Below, piece after piece: positions 20,531-30,793 of a stretch of 64,000 bases of DNA (the first letter of the stretch is position 1; every line of letters begins with the position of its first letter). The notes beneath the pieces are model-generated. The model had not been told where the DNA came from and ran no database searches. It saw only the letters and a list, made by a program, of their open reading frames with translations. A program made the position numbers and the translations under genes. Source of the DNA: an uncultured Actinomycetota bacterium (GTDB lineage: Bacteria; Actinomycetota; Actinomycetes; CAVWCF01); contig CAVWCF010000001.1 in the NCBI GenBank assembly GCA_963753435.1, forward strand, positions 1 to 64,000, given 5' to 3'.

Positions 20531-21339
20531 GGTTGCTCCTCGGGGTGGGTTTCGTCGTTCGTCCATGACCACACTGTTCGCAAGGTCAACGGTAGGTCGG
20601 GGCTGACCAGGTCAGCGGTCCGCAGTGCATCGGGCGGGTGGGTCTGAGGTTCCAGGCACACCGCCTCGGTCGGCTCGTCGAACAGCACGAACCAGGTGGC
20701 GGTGCTGGTACAGGTGAGACTGAGCGCTCCGGCCCAGGTGAGTGTTGCCACCCCACTGGGCACGTGGAAGCAGTCGTCGAACGGTCCCGGGCCGGGCGGT
20801 ACCAGCGCGTCGCTGCTGGGCAAGTGGTCCTCGCCGCGGGGGAGTAGGCCAGCTCCGGGCAGATCCACGCGGACCGGCGCGCCGCCGGCCACGGTGCGCC
20901 GGAACCACGGGTGCCAGCCGACGGTGGCCGGGAACTTGTCCGCTTCGGTGGCCACGGTCAAGGTGATGGCCAACTGGCCCGCCGAGAGGTGGTAGCCGGC
21001 GGTGACCGAGCCGGCCCAGGGCCAGGGCGCGCCGAGGCGACACTGCAGTCTGGCGTGCTGGTCAGTTCGTTCGAGGACATCCCAGCCGCGGTCCAGGACG
21101 AGGCCGTGCATTGCCCATCCGTCGAGCGTGGCGGGCATCCTGACGCTGCCGCCATCGACGGGAACGCTGTTGTCCCGGATTCGTCCGGCCCACGGGGCCA
21201 TCGGATACAACCCGTGGTGTCGGGTCCCGGACCCGATGCCACCGAGGAGTTCGCGCTCGCCCACCAACCAGGAAACCGCCCGCGCGCCCTGCTCTGGCGC
21301 GATGGTCACGGTCGCGTCGGCTGCCTGTAGTTGGATCAC
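20527..21339 (-). CDS. Aldose 1-epimerase family protein
   Basis: PWAGRI, MHG, GWHPWF, CLEPQT; GTGA overlap with xylB. Confidence 0.82.
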   Translation of the reverse strand: MIQLQAADATVTIAPEQGARAVSWLVGERELLGGIGSGTRHHGLYPMAPWAGRIRDNSVPVDGGSVRMPATLDGWAMHGLVLDRGWDVLERTDQHARLQCRLGAPWPWAGSVTAGYHLSAGQLAITLTVATEADKFPATVGWHPWFRRTVAGGAPVRVDLPGAGLLPRGEDHLPSSDALVPPGPGPFDDCFHVPSGVATLTWAGALSLTCTSTATWFVLFDEPTEAVCLEPQTHPPDALRTADLVSPDLPLTLRTVWSWTNDETHPEEQP

Positions 21340-22727
21340 GGCTGTTCCGAAGCCGGGTACAGCCGTTGCCGGGTTTCCCGGTACTGGGTGAGGACATCTG
21401 GGGTGGGGTCGGTTTCGACCACCCGGGCCGGGCGCGGCCAGTCGGGTGGCCTCGCGTCTGGCGCAAGCGCCCAAGCGGCCTGGCGGGCAGCGCCGATCGC
21501 CACGTACTCGGCCGGCTCGGGCAACGTGATCGGCCCCAGGAGGGCCGCGGCGACCTGCTGCACCGCCGGTGACGCGGCCGCCCCACCAGTCAGTAGTACC
21601 CGGCCGGCGCCGGACCGCTTGGGAAGCAGCTGCATCGCCTCGACCAGGGAGCAGACGACGCCCTCCACGAACGCCCGGGCGAGCCGGTCCGGCGTCAGTG
21701 AGTCGCGGGTGAGCCCAGCCAGAGATCCGGTCGCATCGGGCAGATTCGGCGTTCGCTCGCCGTCGAAGTAGGGGACCAGCACCACACCGCCTGCACCCGG
21801 CGGGGCGCTGCGGGCGAGTTCGGCGAATGCGGCAGTCCCCAGCCCGAGCAGGGCTGCGCCCGCATCAAGCACGCGCGCGGCGTTCAGCGTGCACACCAGT
21901 GGCAGCCAATGGCCGGTGGCGTCCGCGAAGCCGGCCACCATGCCGGACGCGTCCGCGGTGGCGGCCGTCGCGACCATTGCCGCCGTACCGGAGGTACCCA
22001 GCGACAAGACCACGTCGCCCGGCTCGGCTCCCAACCCGAGTGCTGCGGCCATGTTGTCACCGGTGCCGGCCGACAGCAGTGCACCGTTCGGTGTCTGCCC
22101 GACGGTCTCGGCTGGACCCGCCACGGCCGGGGTTTGCACCGTGTGTCCGAGCGCTAGTTGAACCAGATCCGGCCGGTAACGCCCATCGAGCGGAGACCAA
22201 TAGCCGGTCCCTGATGCGTCCCCCCGATCGGTTGCCGGTGGGCTGTTGGCTCCCAGTCGCCACGTCAGCCAATCGTGTGGCAGCAAAACCTGCTCGACCT
22301 TCGCCGCGTTCTCCGGCTCCCTTCGTTGTAGCCAACGAAGTTTGGAGACCGTGAAGGATGCGACGGGCACGCTGCCGACAGCCTCAGCCCAGCGCGCTGG
22401 TCCACCCAGTTCGGTGACCAGGTCTGCGGCGTCGGCCGCCGCGCGAGTGTCGTTCCAGAGCAGTGCTGGTCGTACCGGCTTGCCGTCGGCATCCAGAGCG
22501 ACCATGCCGTGTTGCTGCGCGGCGACGCCCACCGCGGCGACACCGTCCAGGAGTCCGCTACTTGCGGTCAGTAAGGCCTGCCACCAGGTCTCTGGATCGC
22601 AGTCGATCGTGTCTGGATGCGGCGCGCGACCCGAGCGCACGACCGTCCCGCTGTCGGCGTCCACCACGACCACCTTCACCGACTGCGTGGACGAGTCGAC
22701 GCCGGCGACGAGGCGGGCAGCGGGCAC
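21336..22727 (-). CDS. xylB: Xylulokinase (FGGY family)
   Basis: GVDSSTQS, QQHG, LWND, GDNMAA, SLGTSG, GERTP. Confidence 0.92.
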   Translation of the reverse strand: MPAARLVAGVDSSTQSVKVVVVDADSGTVVRSGRAPHPDTIDCDPETWWQALLTASSGLLDGVAAVGVAAQQHGMVALDADGKPVRPALLWNDTRAAADAADLVTELGGPARWAEAVGSVPVASFTVSKLRWLQRREPENAAKVEQVLLPHDWLTWRLGANSPPATDRGDASGTGYWSPLDGRYRPDLVQLALGHTVQTPAVAGPAETVGQTPNGALLSAGTGDNMAAALGLGAEPGDVVLSLGTSGTAAMVATAATADASGMVAGFADATGHWLPLVCTLNAARVLDAGAALLGLGTAAFAELARSAPPGAGGVVLVPYFDGERTPNLPDATGSLAGLTRDSLTPDRLARAFVEGVVCSLVEAMQLLPKRSGAGRVLLTGGAAASPAVQQVAAALLGPITLPEPAEYVAIGAARQAAWALAPDARPPDWPRPARVVETDPTPDVLTQYRETRQRLYPASEQP

Positions 22728-23462
22728 TTAGGAGCCCTGACCCATCGACCACAGCGACCACAGCGTCGTGCGGACCCGGCGTGGCTGCCGCAGTGTGGTC
22801 ACGATCGCGTCGGAAACGTCCTCGGCCCGCATGTAGTCGTCCAACTGCGGGTCGTCAGGGGTTCGGCCGGTGCCCATGGCGAACTCGGTCGCCACGCCCG
22901 CCGGACAGACCGCGGTGACTCGGATTCCGTGCTCACGCAACTCTCGGTCGAGGGCCCCGGCGAGCCCGACTTGGCCGAACTTGGTGGCCGCGTACACGGC
23001 CTCGTCCGCCCCGCCGCGCAGCCCCGCGACACTCGACACGATCACTACATCGCCGCCCTCTCCCTGCGTCAGCATCCGGCGGACAGCGGCGCGCACAGTC
23101 CAGACCGTGCCGGACAGATTGGTGTCGATCATGTGCGCGAGTTCGGCGTCCGTGGAATCGAGGATGCCGCCGTATCGACCGATGCCGGCGTTGGCGACCA
23201 CGGAGTCCAGTCGCCCCCAGCGCTGCACGGCCTGCTCGATCAAGTCCGCAGACGCTGCCGGATCGCACACGTCGCCGGGGACGGGCAGCACCGCGTCGCC
23301 CAGTTCCGCGGCAAGAGCATCCAGCCGATCGCGTCTGCGGCCGGACACGGCAACTCGTGCCCCGGCTTGGGCCAACTGCCGGGTCAGGGCCAGCCCGATC
23401 CCCGCGGTTGCTCCGGTTACGGCAACCACTGTGCCGGTCAGGTCCCGGTGTTCAGCGTTCAT
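22728..23462 (-). CDS. Short-chain dehydrogenase, possibly a polyol dehydrogenase
   Basis: TGATAGIG, NAG, YAATK; SD GAGGAG. Confidence 0.85.
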   Translation of the reverse strand: MNAEHRDLTGTVVAVTGATAGIGLALTRQLAQAGARVAVSGRRRDRLDALAAELGDAVLPVPGDVCDPAASADLIEQAVQRWGRLDSVVANAGIGRYGGILDSTDAELAHMIDTNLSGTVWTVRAAVRRMLTQGEGGDVVIVSSVAGLRGGADEAVYAATKFGQVGLAGALDRELREHGIRVTAVCPAGVATEFAMGTGRTPDDPQLDDYMRAEDVSDAIVTTLRQPRRVRTTLWSLWSMGQGS

Positions 23463-23497
23463 GGCGTACGACTCCTCAGCGGTGTTGACTGCTCGGC

Positions 23498-24547
23498 ATG
23501 GTTGAGATGGTGCGGGTCGCGTTGCTCGGTTACGGGCTGGCCGGTCGTTGGTTTCACGCCCCGCTGCTCAAAGCCACCGAGGGCATGCGCGTAGACGCGA
23601 TCGTCACCAGCTCCGCGGAGCGGGCCGCGGCCGCACGGGCGGATTTTGACGGGGTTCGCGTCCTGGCCGACGCCGACGAGGTCTTTTCGGCTGCCGACGG
23701 GTTCGACTTGGTGGTCATCGCCACTGCGAATGCGGCTCATGTGCCGCAGGCGTTGCGAGCCTTCGACCGCGGTCTGCATGTGGTCATCGACAAACCGGTC
23801 ACGGCCACGGTCTCGGAGTTCGACCGGCTCGTGGCGGCAGCCGCGGACGCTGACCGGCAACTGATGGTGTTCCAGAACCGTAGGTGGGACGGCGATTTCC
23901 GCACGCTGCTGGATGTGCTGCACAACGAACAACTCGGTCGGGTGCACCGGCTCGAATCGCGGTTCGAGCGCTGGCGGCCGGACCGTGGCCCGGGCTGGCG
24001 CGAATCCGCCGCCCCGGCGGAGCACGGGGGAGTGCTGCTCGATCTGGGGGCGCATCTGGTGGATCAAGCTCTCGTCGCTCTTGGCCCGGCCGAATCCGTA
24101 TACGCCGAGCGCCAGGTCGTTCGCGCCGGATCCGGGTCGGATGACGATGCGTTCATCGCGATCAACCATCGCGGCGGCGCCCACAGTCACCTGTGGCTGA
24201 GCGCGGTTGCCGCTGATCAAGGCCACCGGTTCCGGGCTCTTGGTGACGCCGGCGCTTTCGTGGTCGACGGTCTTGATCCACAGGAGGATGCGCTGCGTTC
24301 GGGCGCCATCCCAGGAACGGGCTGGTGCGTGGAGACCAGGCAAGCGCAGGTGGTGAACCGGTCTGGAGTAGTTGCAGAACACCCCATCGCGTTGGGGGAT
24401 TGGGCTGCCTTCTACCGCGGGGCTCGGGATGCCTGCCGGGGCGAGGCGCCCGCGCCGGTCAGCACCAGCTCGGTGCGGGCCGCGGTCGCCGTACTGGAGG
24501 CTGCGGGCCATTCGGCCGCTGACGGTGGCGTGATCCGGTTGCCGTAG
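23498..24547 (+). CDS. Gfo/Idh/MocA oxidoreductase
   Basis: GYGLAG...FHAP, DKP, QNRRWD, DLGAHLVD. Confidence 0.88.
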   Translation: MVEMVRVALLGYGLAGRWFHAPLLKATEGMRVDAIVTSSAERAAAARADFDGVRVLADADEVFSAADGFDLVVIATANAAHVPQALRAFDRGLHVVIDKPVTATVSEFDRLVAAAADADRQLMVFQNRRWDGDFRTLLDVLHNEQLGRVHRLESRFERWRPDRGPGWRESAAPAEHGGVLLDLGAHLVDQALVALGPAESVYAERQVVRAGSGSDDDAFIAINHRGGAHSHLWLSAVAADQGHRFRALGDAGAFVVDGLDPQEDALRSGAIPGTGWCVETRQAQVVNRSGVVAEHPIALGDWAAFYRGARDACRGEAPAPVSTSSVRAAVAVLEAAGHSAADGGVIRLP

Positions 24548-24585
24548 CGCGTACCGAGCAGTCGGTGATGCCGAACTGGCCATGG

Positions 24586-25791
24586 TTACGCGCTCACCAG
24601 CGACAACGGCCGAGCGGTCTTCAAGTTGATCAGGGGCGCGGACAGTAGCCGGGAGAAGGCGACCTCGGCTGCTCCCATGAGCGTGGACTGGTCGCCCAGG
24701 GCGGGGACGCGGAGGCGGACCTGCCCTTGGGGTCCAGGCAGCACGGTCGCTAGTGCGCCATCGACGGCGTCGCCGACGCACTCGTATACGCCGGACAACT
24801 CCCCGCCGAGAATGATTACTTCCGGATTGAAGATGTTGACCAGATTCCCTAGGCCGATGCCGAGCCACCGGCCGACTCCGCGCAGGCCCCGGCAGGCGTT
24901 GGGATCGCCGGCATGAGCGCGCTGAAACACCGTGTCGACGTGGCCGTCGAGTGGCATTTCGGCGGCCCGCAGGATCGCCTCACGACCGATCTCGGTCTCC
25001 CAGCAGCCGCGCGACCCGCAGCGGCAGCGATGTCCCCTGGGTCGAATCACCATATGACCGACCTCGCCCGCGTAACCCCCGGCGCCGGCGAGGGCGTGGC
25101 CATCAACGATCACCCCGCCGCCGACGCCGACTTCCCCGGACAGGTAGATGCAGTTGCGGCTGCCGGAAGCAGCTCCGCGCAAATGCTCCGAAAGCGCACC
25201 TAGGTCCGCATCGTTGCCGACCACGACGGGCCCGTGGGGTTGGAGGGCAGAGCGCAACATTTCGCCGAAGGCAACGTCCTGCCAACCCAGATTGGGGGCG
25301 AACCGGACCAGGCCGTCGTCGTGGCGCACCACGCCGGGCACGCCAACGCCCACTCCGATCACTGGCACGTTTCGACCCTTGCTGCCCACCAGTCGTCGCA
25401 CTAGGCCGCGGACCTCCGCCGTCACCGCTGCCGGTGACGACTCCTCCAGCCGACGTCGGTGCCGGCGAATAGCCAAGATCTCACCGCCGAAACCGACTTG
25501 GGCGGCCGTTGTCCCGCCGACGCCGACGTCGACGGCAACCACGCTGACCGCCTGCGGCACCGGGGTGACCAGCAGCGACGGTCGGCCCACCCCGTTTCCC
25601 GCAGTCTCCTGCTCGATGACTAGGCCGGCGGCGGCGAGACTGCGGGTCAAGCCACCAACTGCGCTTCTGGTCAGGCCGGTCGCCGCGACAAGTTCCGACC
25701 TCGACATGGCGCCCTGGACGTGCACCAACTTCAGCAGCCGCGAGGCGTTGCCCCCGGGTGCGTCCTGCCGGGTCCCAGCGAGGATCGTCAC
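24586..25791 (-). CDS. ROK-family transcriptional repressor (XylR-like)
   Basis: N-terminal wHTH (SRSELVAATGLTRSAV...GRP) and ROK motifs EVGH, CRCGSRGCWE. Start position is approximate. Confidence 0.88.
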   Translation of the reverse strand: MTILAGTRQDAPGGNASRLLKLVHVQGAMSRSELVAATGLTRSAVGGLTRSLAAAGLVIEQETAGNGVGRPSLLVTPVPQAVSVVAVDVGVGGTTAAQVGFGGEILAIRRHRRRLEESSPAAVTAEVRGLVRRLVGSKGRNVPVIGVGVGVPGVVRHDDGLVRFAPNLGWQDVAFGEMLRSALQPHGPVVVGNDADLGALSEHLRGAASGSRNCIYLSGEVGVGGGVIVDGHALAGAGGYAGEVGHMVIRPRGHRCRCGSRGCWETEIGREAILRAAEMPLDGHVDTVFQRAHAGDPNACRGLRGVGRWLGIGLGNLVNIFNPEVIILGGELSGVYECVGDAVDGALATVLPGPQGQVRLRVPALGDQSTLMGAAEVAFSRLLSAPLINLKTARPLSLVSA

Positions 25792-25804
25792 TTCGACGGA
25801 CCAG

Positions 25805-27067
25805 CTATCTACCGGCTGCGGCTGCCCGGCGGCGGGAGATCGCGTCAACGCTCGCCGCCAGCAGCAGCACGAGTCCGGTGACCACAAAGACCACGCCAGC
25901 CGATTGGCCGAGCAGCGCCATCCCATTGGCGATGATCGCCACGACCAGGCCACCGAGGATGGCGTCGCGGACTCGCCCGCGGCCGCCGAACAGGCTGGTG
26001 CCACCGATAACTGCGGCGCCCACCGCGAAGAGCAGGGTGGTGGAACCGCCCGTCGACGGGGACACGGAATTGTCCCGGGAGGCGAACAGGATTCCGGCGA
26101 CGCCGGCCAACGTTGAGCACATCACGAAGCAGACCGTGCGCAGGTTCTTGACGGCGATGCCGGCGCGGCGCGCCGCCTCGGCATTTCCACCGACGGCATA
26201 GACGTGGCGACCGAAGGCCGTCCGCTCAAGCAGGTAGGTCAAGGTCACGAGCAGCACAAGAATCAAGGGAACGACCCAAGGCACGCCCTGAATCGAGGTG
26301 ATGTCGGGGTTGCGGCTTCGCTCCTGCGACAGAAAGAAGGTCGCGCCGAAGATGAAGACTCCCAAGGTGGCAACTTTGGCAAGCCAGAGCCGAGTGCCTT
26401 CCGTGGGGAGTTCATGCCGCCGCCGCCGGGCCAATCGCTGGTACGAGGCCAGCGCGTAGCCACCGACGATGAGGATGGCCAGGGCCCAGCCGGCCCAGAT
26501 CGGCATTTGCCCGTTCATGATGCGAAGCAGCACGTCGTTGCGAATCGGGATGGTGCCGCCCTCACCGATGATGATCAGCATCAGCCCTTGCAGGCCCAGG
26601 AAGGCAGCCAAGGTGACCACGAAACTGGGGATGCCCAGTCTGGCGACCAGCAGACCGATGGACAGACCGATGACCATGCCCGTCACGAGGCTGGCCATCA
26701 CGGCGAAGTACCACGGCCAGCCCCACTGAGTGAGGGTCGTGGCCAGTATGGCCGCACTGGTTCCGGCAGTGAATCCGGCGGACAGGTCGATCTCGCCGAG
26801 GAGCAGGACGAAGACCAGCCCCATCGCGATGACGATGATGAATGCGGACTGGTTGATCAGGTTGGCGAAGTTGAAGGCGGTCGGGAACGTTTCCGGGCGC
26901 AGCAGCGTGAAGACAACTACTAGGGAGACGATGCCCAAGGCCGCAGGCAGCGCCCCGAGTTCGCCGCCACGCAGTTTGGCCCGGTACTCCCCGAATGCAT
27001 CGCGAAGCGATTGCGGCGCCACTTCTTGGTCGAACTCGGAAACGACGGTGCCAGTGGCGGTGCTCAT
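25805..27067 (-). CDS. xylH: Sugar ABC permease (XylH-like)
   Basis: GEIDLS, IPSFVVTL, GGNAEAARRAGI, IGGTSLFGG. Confidence 0.85.
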   Translation of the reverse strand: MSTATGTVVSEFDQEVAPQSLRDAFGEYRAKLRGGELGALPAALGIVSLVVVFTLLRPETFPTAFNFANLINQSAFIIVIAMGLVFVLLLGEIDLSAGFTAGTSAAILATTLTQWGWPWYFAVMASLVTGMVIGLSIGLLVARLGIPSFVVTLAAFLGLQGLMLIIIGEGGTIPIRNDVLLRIMNGQMPIWAGWALAILIVGGYALASYQRLARRRRHELPTEGTRLWLAKVATLGVFIFGATFFLSQERSRNPDITSIQGVPWVVPLILVLLVTLTYLLERTAFGRHVYAVGGNAEAARRAGIAVKNLRTVCFVMCSTLAGVAGILFASRDNSVSPSTGGSTTLLFAVGAAVIGGTSLFGGRGRVRDAILGGLVVAIIANGMALLGQSAGVVFVVTGLVLLLAASVDAISRRRAAAAGR

Positions 27068-27879
27068 GCGCTGACTCCTTCGTCGCTGATCTCGGTCAGG
27101 CCGACACCGGAGTCCGTCCTGCCCGTGGTGATCAGCTGGACGACCTCCTGCTGATTCACGGAGGACGCTGGGATCTGCGCGGCCATTCGGCCCAAGTGCA
27201 AACACGCGATGTTGTCGGCGACCTGGAACACGTCGTTCATGTTGTGGGAGATGAGGATGACTGCGAGACCGTTGTCCGCGAGTTGCCGAACGAGCCGCAG
27301 GACCTGCTCGGTCTGGGCTACGCCGAGCGCGGCGGTCGGCTCGTCGAGGATCACGAGTTTGCTGTTCCAAAGCACGGCCCGGGCGATGGCAACGGTCTGG
27401 CGTTGCCCACCCGACAGGCTGGCGACACGTTGCCGCAGCGACTTCAACGTGCGCACCGACAGCGAACTGAGTGTCTCGCCGGCCCGTCGCTCCATGGTGA
27501 TGTCGTCGGTGGCCGTGCGCCGCTTTATCTCGCGGCCGAGGAACATGTTGTCGACGACGTCGAGGTTGTCGCACAGCGCGAGGTCCTGATAGACGACCTC
27601 GATACCCAGGGCGTTGGCGTCCCTCGGCGATCGCACGCTGGCGCGAGTTCCGTCGAAGCTGTAGTCGCCGGCGTCGAAGGGGTAGATGCCGGCGACGCCT
27701 TTGATGAGAGTGGTCTTGCCGGCGCCGTTGTCGCCGACCAGCGCAGTCACCTGTCCGGCCTCGGCGACAAAGTCGACTTGATGGAGAACCTGGACGGCGC
27801 CGAAGTGTTTGTCGACCCCCGTGAGTTGAAGAAGCGGCGGGCCGGTCTTGCTGCTGCCGCCGAGATCCTGGCTGCTCAC
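27064..27879 (-). CDS. Sugar ABC ATP-binding protein (single domain)
   Basis: GDNGAGKT, LSGGQRQ, ILDEPT. Confidence 0.9.
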   Translation of the reverse strand: MSSQDLGGSSKTGPPLLQLTGVDKHFGAVQVLHQVDFVAEAGQVTALVGDNGAGKTTLIKGVAGIYPFDAGDYSFDGTRASVRSPRDANALGIEVVYQDLALCDNLDVVDNMFLGREIKRRTATDDITMERRAGETLSSLSVRTLKSLRQRVASLSGGQRQTVAIARAVLWNSKLVILDEPTAALGVAQTEQVLRLVRQLADNGLAVILISHNMNDVFQVADNIACLHLGRMAAQIPASSVNQQEVVQLITTGRTDSGVGLTEISDEGVSA

Positions 27880-27902
27880 TACCTGGCTCCATCCTGTCCG
27901 GG

Positions 27903-27940
27903 TGATGAGCCGGGGGTGGGTTCCCACCCCCGGCTCATCA
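27903..27940. terminator. Perfect 18-bp inverted repeat between the binding-protein and ATPase genes (partial terminator or mRNA stabiliser)
   Basis: TGATGAGCCGGGGGTGGG-tt-CCCACCCCCGGCTCATCA. Confidence 0.75.
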
Positions 27941-27965
27941 GCCACTTGTCACATCACAACGGTGT

Positions 27966-29060
27966 TCAGGAGACGCCGTTTTCCGCGCAGGCGGCTTCCA
28001 GTTCCGGTGTCGAGCAGACGTTCGCCGCGGTGGTGTAACCGTCAGCAATGACGTCCTTGACGTTGTCCGCAAAGATGACCTGCGGCTCCAGGAGCACCGA
28101 CGGAACTTCCTCACCGGATTCGGTGTCAGTCACCGAACCGGTGGCAAGTGCGTCAGCAGCGCCTTCATCACCGGAGAGCAGCGCGATCGCAAGCTCTGCG
28201 GCCGCCTCCGCCTCCTTCTTGACCGCCTTGTAGACGGTGTTGCACTGCGTGCCCAGCAGGACACGCTGCAGGCCTTCGTCAGTGGCGTCCTGGCCGGTCG
28301 TCGGGATCGTGCCGGCCACGCCGTTGCGCTCGAGGACCGAGACCACAGCGCCACCGAGACCGTCGTTGGCCGAGACAACGCCGACGAAGTCGCCGTTGGC
28401 CTGCGTGAACATCTGCTCGAAGATGGTTCCGGCCTGGGTGTTATCCCAGTCAGGCACCGACTGGTCGGCAGCGACGGTGAAGCCCGCGTCAGTCACGGCC
28501 TTCTCGTAGCCCTCCTTGAAGAGGGTTGCGTTGTTGTCCGTCGGTGAACCGTTGAGCAGGGCTACTGGACCGCTGCTGACGCCGGCGTCGTTCAGGCAAG
28601 TGACGAGTCCGCCGCCGATGCCTTCGCCGACCTTCACGTTGTCGAACGAGACGTAGAAGGCGGCGCCACCGTTCAGGGTGAGGCGGTCATAGTCAATGAC
28701 CGGAACGCCTTGATCGTTGGCCTTGCTGATGCAGGCCGCACCGCTCTCGCTGTCGAGGTTGACGATCAGCAGGACGTCCACGCCGCTGTTCAACTGCTGG
28801 TCGCAGAGCGTCGCGAAGGTGTTCTTGTCGCCATTGGCGTTCTGGATGTCATATTCCACGCCGGCGTCCTGGAATGCCTGCTCCAGGAACGGGCGGTCCG
28901 CGGTCTCCCAGCGGGCCGAGGAGGCAGCGTCGGGCAGGATGACACCGACCTTGCCGCTGACCTCTTCGCTGCCGCCGTCGTCGCCGTCGTCGCTACTACA
29001 CGCCGTCAGCATGAGGGACGCTGCCGCCAAGCCGGCGACTAGCACTCCGTACTTCTTCAT
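27966..29060 (-). CDS. xylF: D-xylose-type ABC substrate-binding lipoprotein
   Basis: Lipobox LTAC, ARW, YDRL, SFDN, GSPTDNNA, GQDA. Confidence 0.85.
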   Translation of the reverse strand: MKKYGVLVAGLAAASLMLTACSSDDGDDGGSEEVSGKVGVILPDAASSARWETADRPFLEQAFQDAGVEYDIQNANGDKNTFATLCDQQLNSGVDVLLIVNLDSESGAACISKANDQGVPVIDYDRLTLNGGAAFYVSFDNVKVGEGIGGGLVTCLNDAGVSSGPVALLNGSPTDNNATLFKEGYEKAVTDAGFTVAADQSVPDWDNTQAGTIFEQMFTQANGDFVGVVSANDGLGGAVVSVLERNGVAGTIPTTGQDATDEGLQRVLLGTQCNTVYKAVKKEAEAAAELAIALLSGDEGAADALATGSVTDTESGEEVPSVLLEPQVIFADNVKDVIADGYTTAANVCSTPELEAACAENGVS

Positions 29061-29154
29061 CAAGATCCTTCCTCCGATGCCGCCCGATTGGCGGCTGGTG
29101 GGGACTGGTGGGTCAGAGCCGGGATCACGTGCCCGGGTCTGCGGGTCCACCGTG

Positions 29155-29178
29155 AATTGTTCACGTCGTCAACATATT
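29155..29178. promoter_or_regulatory. Candidate ROK/XylR operator
   Basis: AT-rich dyad AATTGTTCACGTCGTCAACATATT (TGTT-N9-AACA) about 95 bp upstream of xylF. Confidence 0.55.
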
Positions 29179-29278
29179 GAGTGCGCAGCCGCGGTCGCAA
29201 TCGAATTGCCGAAGGTGTCGCTGGAATCCAGGTAACGATTCGGTCACCCGCTAGGGGTGGTTCTGCCTCGCGGTCGGG

Positions 29279-30769
29279 TCAGGCCTCGGCCCAGTTGCGG
29301 GACCGACTGACGGCGTCGCGCCAACGCCTGTGTGCGGCGTCATCGCGCACCCCCGGGTCGAACTCGCTGTCGATTCGCCGCGTGTGGATCAACTCGTCCT
29401 TGCTGGACCAGACACCCGCACCCAGCCCGGCCAAGAAAGCTGCGCCCAAACCCGTTGTTTCCAGCACCTCGGGCCGCTGCACGCTCATCCCAAGTTCTGT
29501 CGCCTGCAATTGGCAAAGGAGGTCGTTGGCCGCGGCGCCACCGTCCACCGCCAGTGTGGCGGGAGGCGGGGCGGGTGTTTCGTCGACCATCAGGTCCATG
29601 ACGTCGCGCACTTCGAAGGCGATTGCCTCTAGCGTCGCCCGAGCCAGATGCGCCCTTGTGGTGCCGCGGGTGATGCCAACAATCGTTCCGCGGGCCCGCG
29701 GATCCCAATCCGGGGCCCCCAGACCGGTGAGGGCGGGCACGAACACCACTCCGCCGGTATCCGGGACCGTGCGGGCCAGCGCCTCTACTTCTGCAGCCGA
29801 GTCGATCAGCCCGAGGCCGTCGCGCAGCCACTGAACGGCAGCGCCGGTGACGAAGATCGCCCCTTCCAGGGCGTAGGTGAGCCGGCCGTCCGGTTCGCGC
29901 CACGCAACGGTGGTCAACAGACCCCCGGTGGACTCGACGGGAACGTCGCCGGTGTTGGTGAGCAGGAAACTTCCAGTGCCGTAGGTGCACTTGGTGTCGC
30001 CTGGGGAGAAGCAGGTCTGACCGAACAAGGCTGCCTGCTGGTCCCCGGCGACTCCGGCGATTGGAATCTCCAAGCCGAAGAAGACGCTGGGGTCGGTGTG
30101 GCCGATCACGCCGTGGGACGCGACGACTTCCGGCAACGCGTCGATCGGCACCCCGAACAGGTCGCACAACTGTTCCGACCAGCGGCCGGAATGGATGTCG
30201 AACAGCAGGGTCCGGCTGGCGTTTGAGGCATCGGTGACGTGCCAGACGCCCCGGGTCAGCCTGGCGATGAGGTAGGAGTCGACTGTGCCCAATGCGACGC
30301 GCCCGGACGTCACTGTGGCCCATAGATGTGGCTCGTGCCGGGCCAGCCAGGTCAACTTGGTGGCAGTGAAATACGGGTCCAGCCGTAGCCCGGTGCGTTG
30401 CCGAACCATCGGCTCGTGGCCGTTGTCCCGCAAGTCGCCGCAGATGCCGGCCGTGCGCCGGTCCTGCCACACGATGGCTCGGCGGGGACTGGTCAGCGTC
30501 TCCCGATCCCAGAGCACCGCCGTCTCACGCTGATTGGTTATGCCCACCGCAACCGGGTCGGCCACGCCCAATGCCCGGGCGCCCTCCAAGGCGGCCTTGA
30601 CCGCCTGCACGGTTGCCTGCCAGATGTCCTCGGGGTTGTGCTCTACCCACCCGGACTCGGGAAAATGCTGGATGAACTCCTGGTAGCCGCGGGCTGAAAT
30701 CCGACCGTCCGGGGTCACGATCAGAGCCGTGACACCGGTCGTGCCCGCGTCGATGGCCAACACACTCAC
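29279..30769 (-). CDS. glpK: Glycerol kinase
   Basis: IDAGTT, GITNQRET, WQDRRT, TDASNASRT, GDQQAALFGQ, KCTYGTG. Confidence 0.93.
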   Translation of the reverse strand: MSVLAIDAGTTGVTALIVTPDGRISARGYQEFIQHFPESGWVEHNPEDIWQATVQAVKAALEGARALGVADPVAVGITNQRETAVLWDRETLTSPRRAIVWQDRRTAGICGDLRDNGHEPMVRQRTGLRLDPYFTATKLTWLARHEPHLWATVTSGRVALGTVDSYLIARLTRGVWHVTDASNASRTLLFDIHSGRWSEQLCDLFGVPIDALPEVVASHGVIGHTDPSVFFGLEIPIAGVAGDQQAALFGQTCFSPGDTKCTYGTGSFLLTNTGDVPVESTGGLLTTVAWREPDGRLTYALEGAIFVTGAAVQWLRDGLGLIDSAAEVEALARTVPDTGGVVFVPALTGLGAPDWDPRARGTIVGITRGTTRAHLARATLEAIAFEVRDVMDLMVDETPAPPPATLAVDGGAAANDLLCQLQATELGMSVQRPEVLETTGLGAAFLAGLGAGVWSSKDELIHTRRIDSEFDPGVRDDAAHRRWRDAVSRSRNWAEA

Positions 30770-30793
30770 GGAACGGACTCTATGGTGGCGCCC
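30770..30793. promoter_or_regulatory. Bidirectional leaderless promoter for glpK and pfkA
   Basis: TAGAGT (minus, 30782-30777) and TATGGT (plus, 30781-30786), each 7 nt before a start codon. Confidence 0.65.

Noticed and set aside
23459-24868. Long Arg/Pro-rich shadow ORFs (for example 23459..24868 minus, 29340..30470 minus, and the 50034..52025 extension)
   Set aside because: Expected in high-GC DNA; they overlap well-supported genes and show no recognisable motifs.
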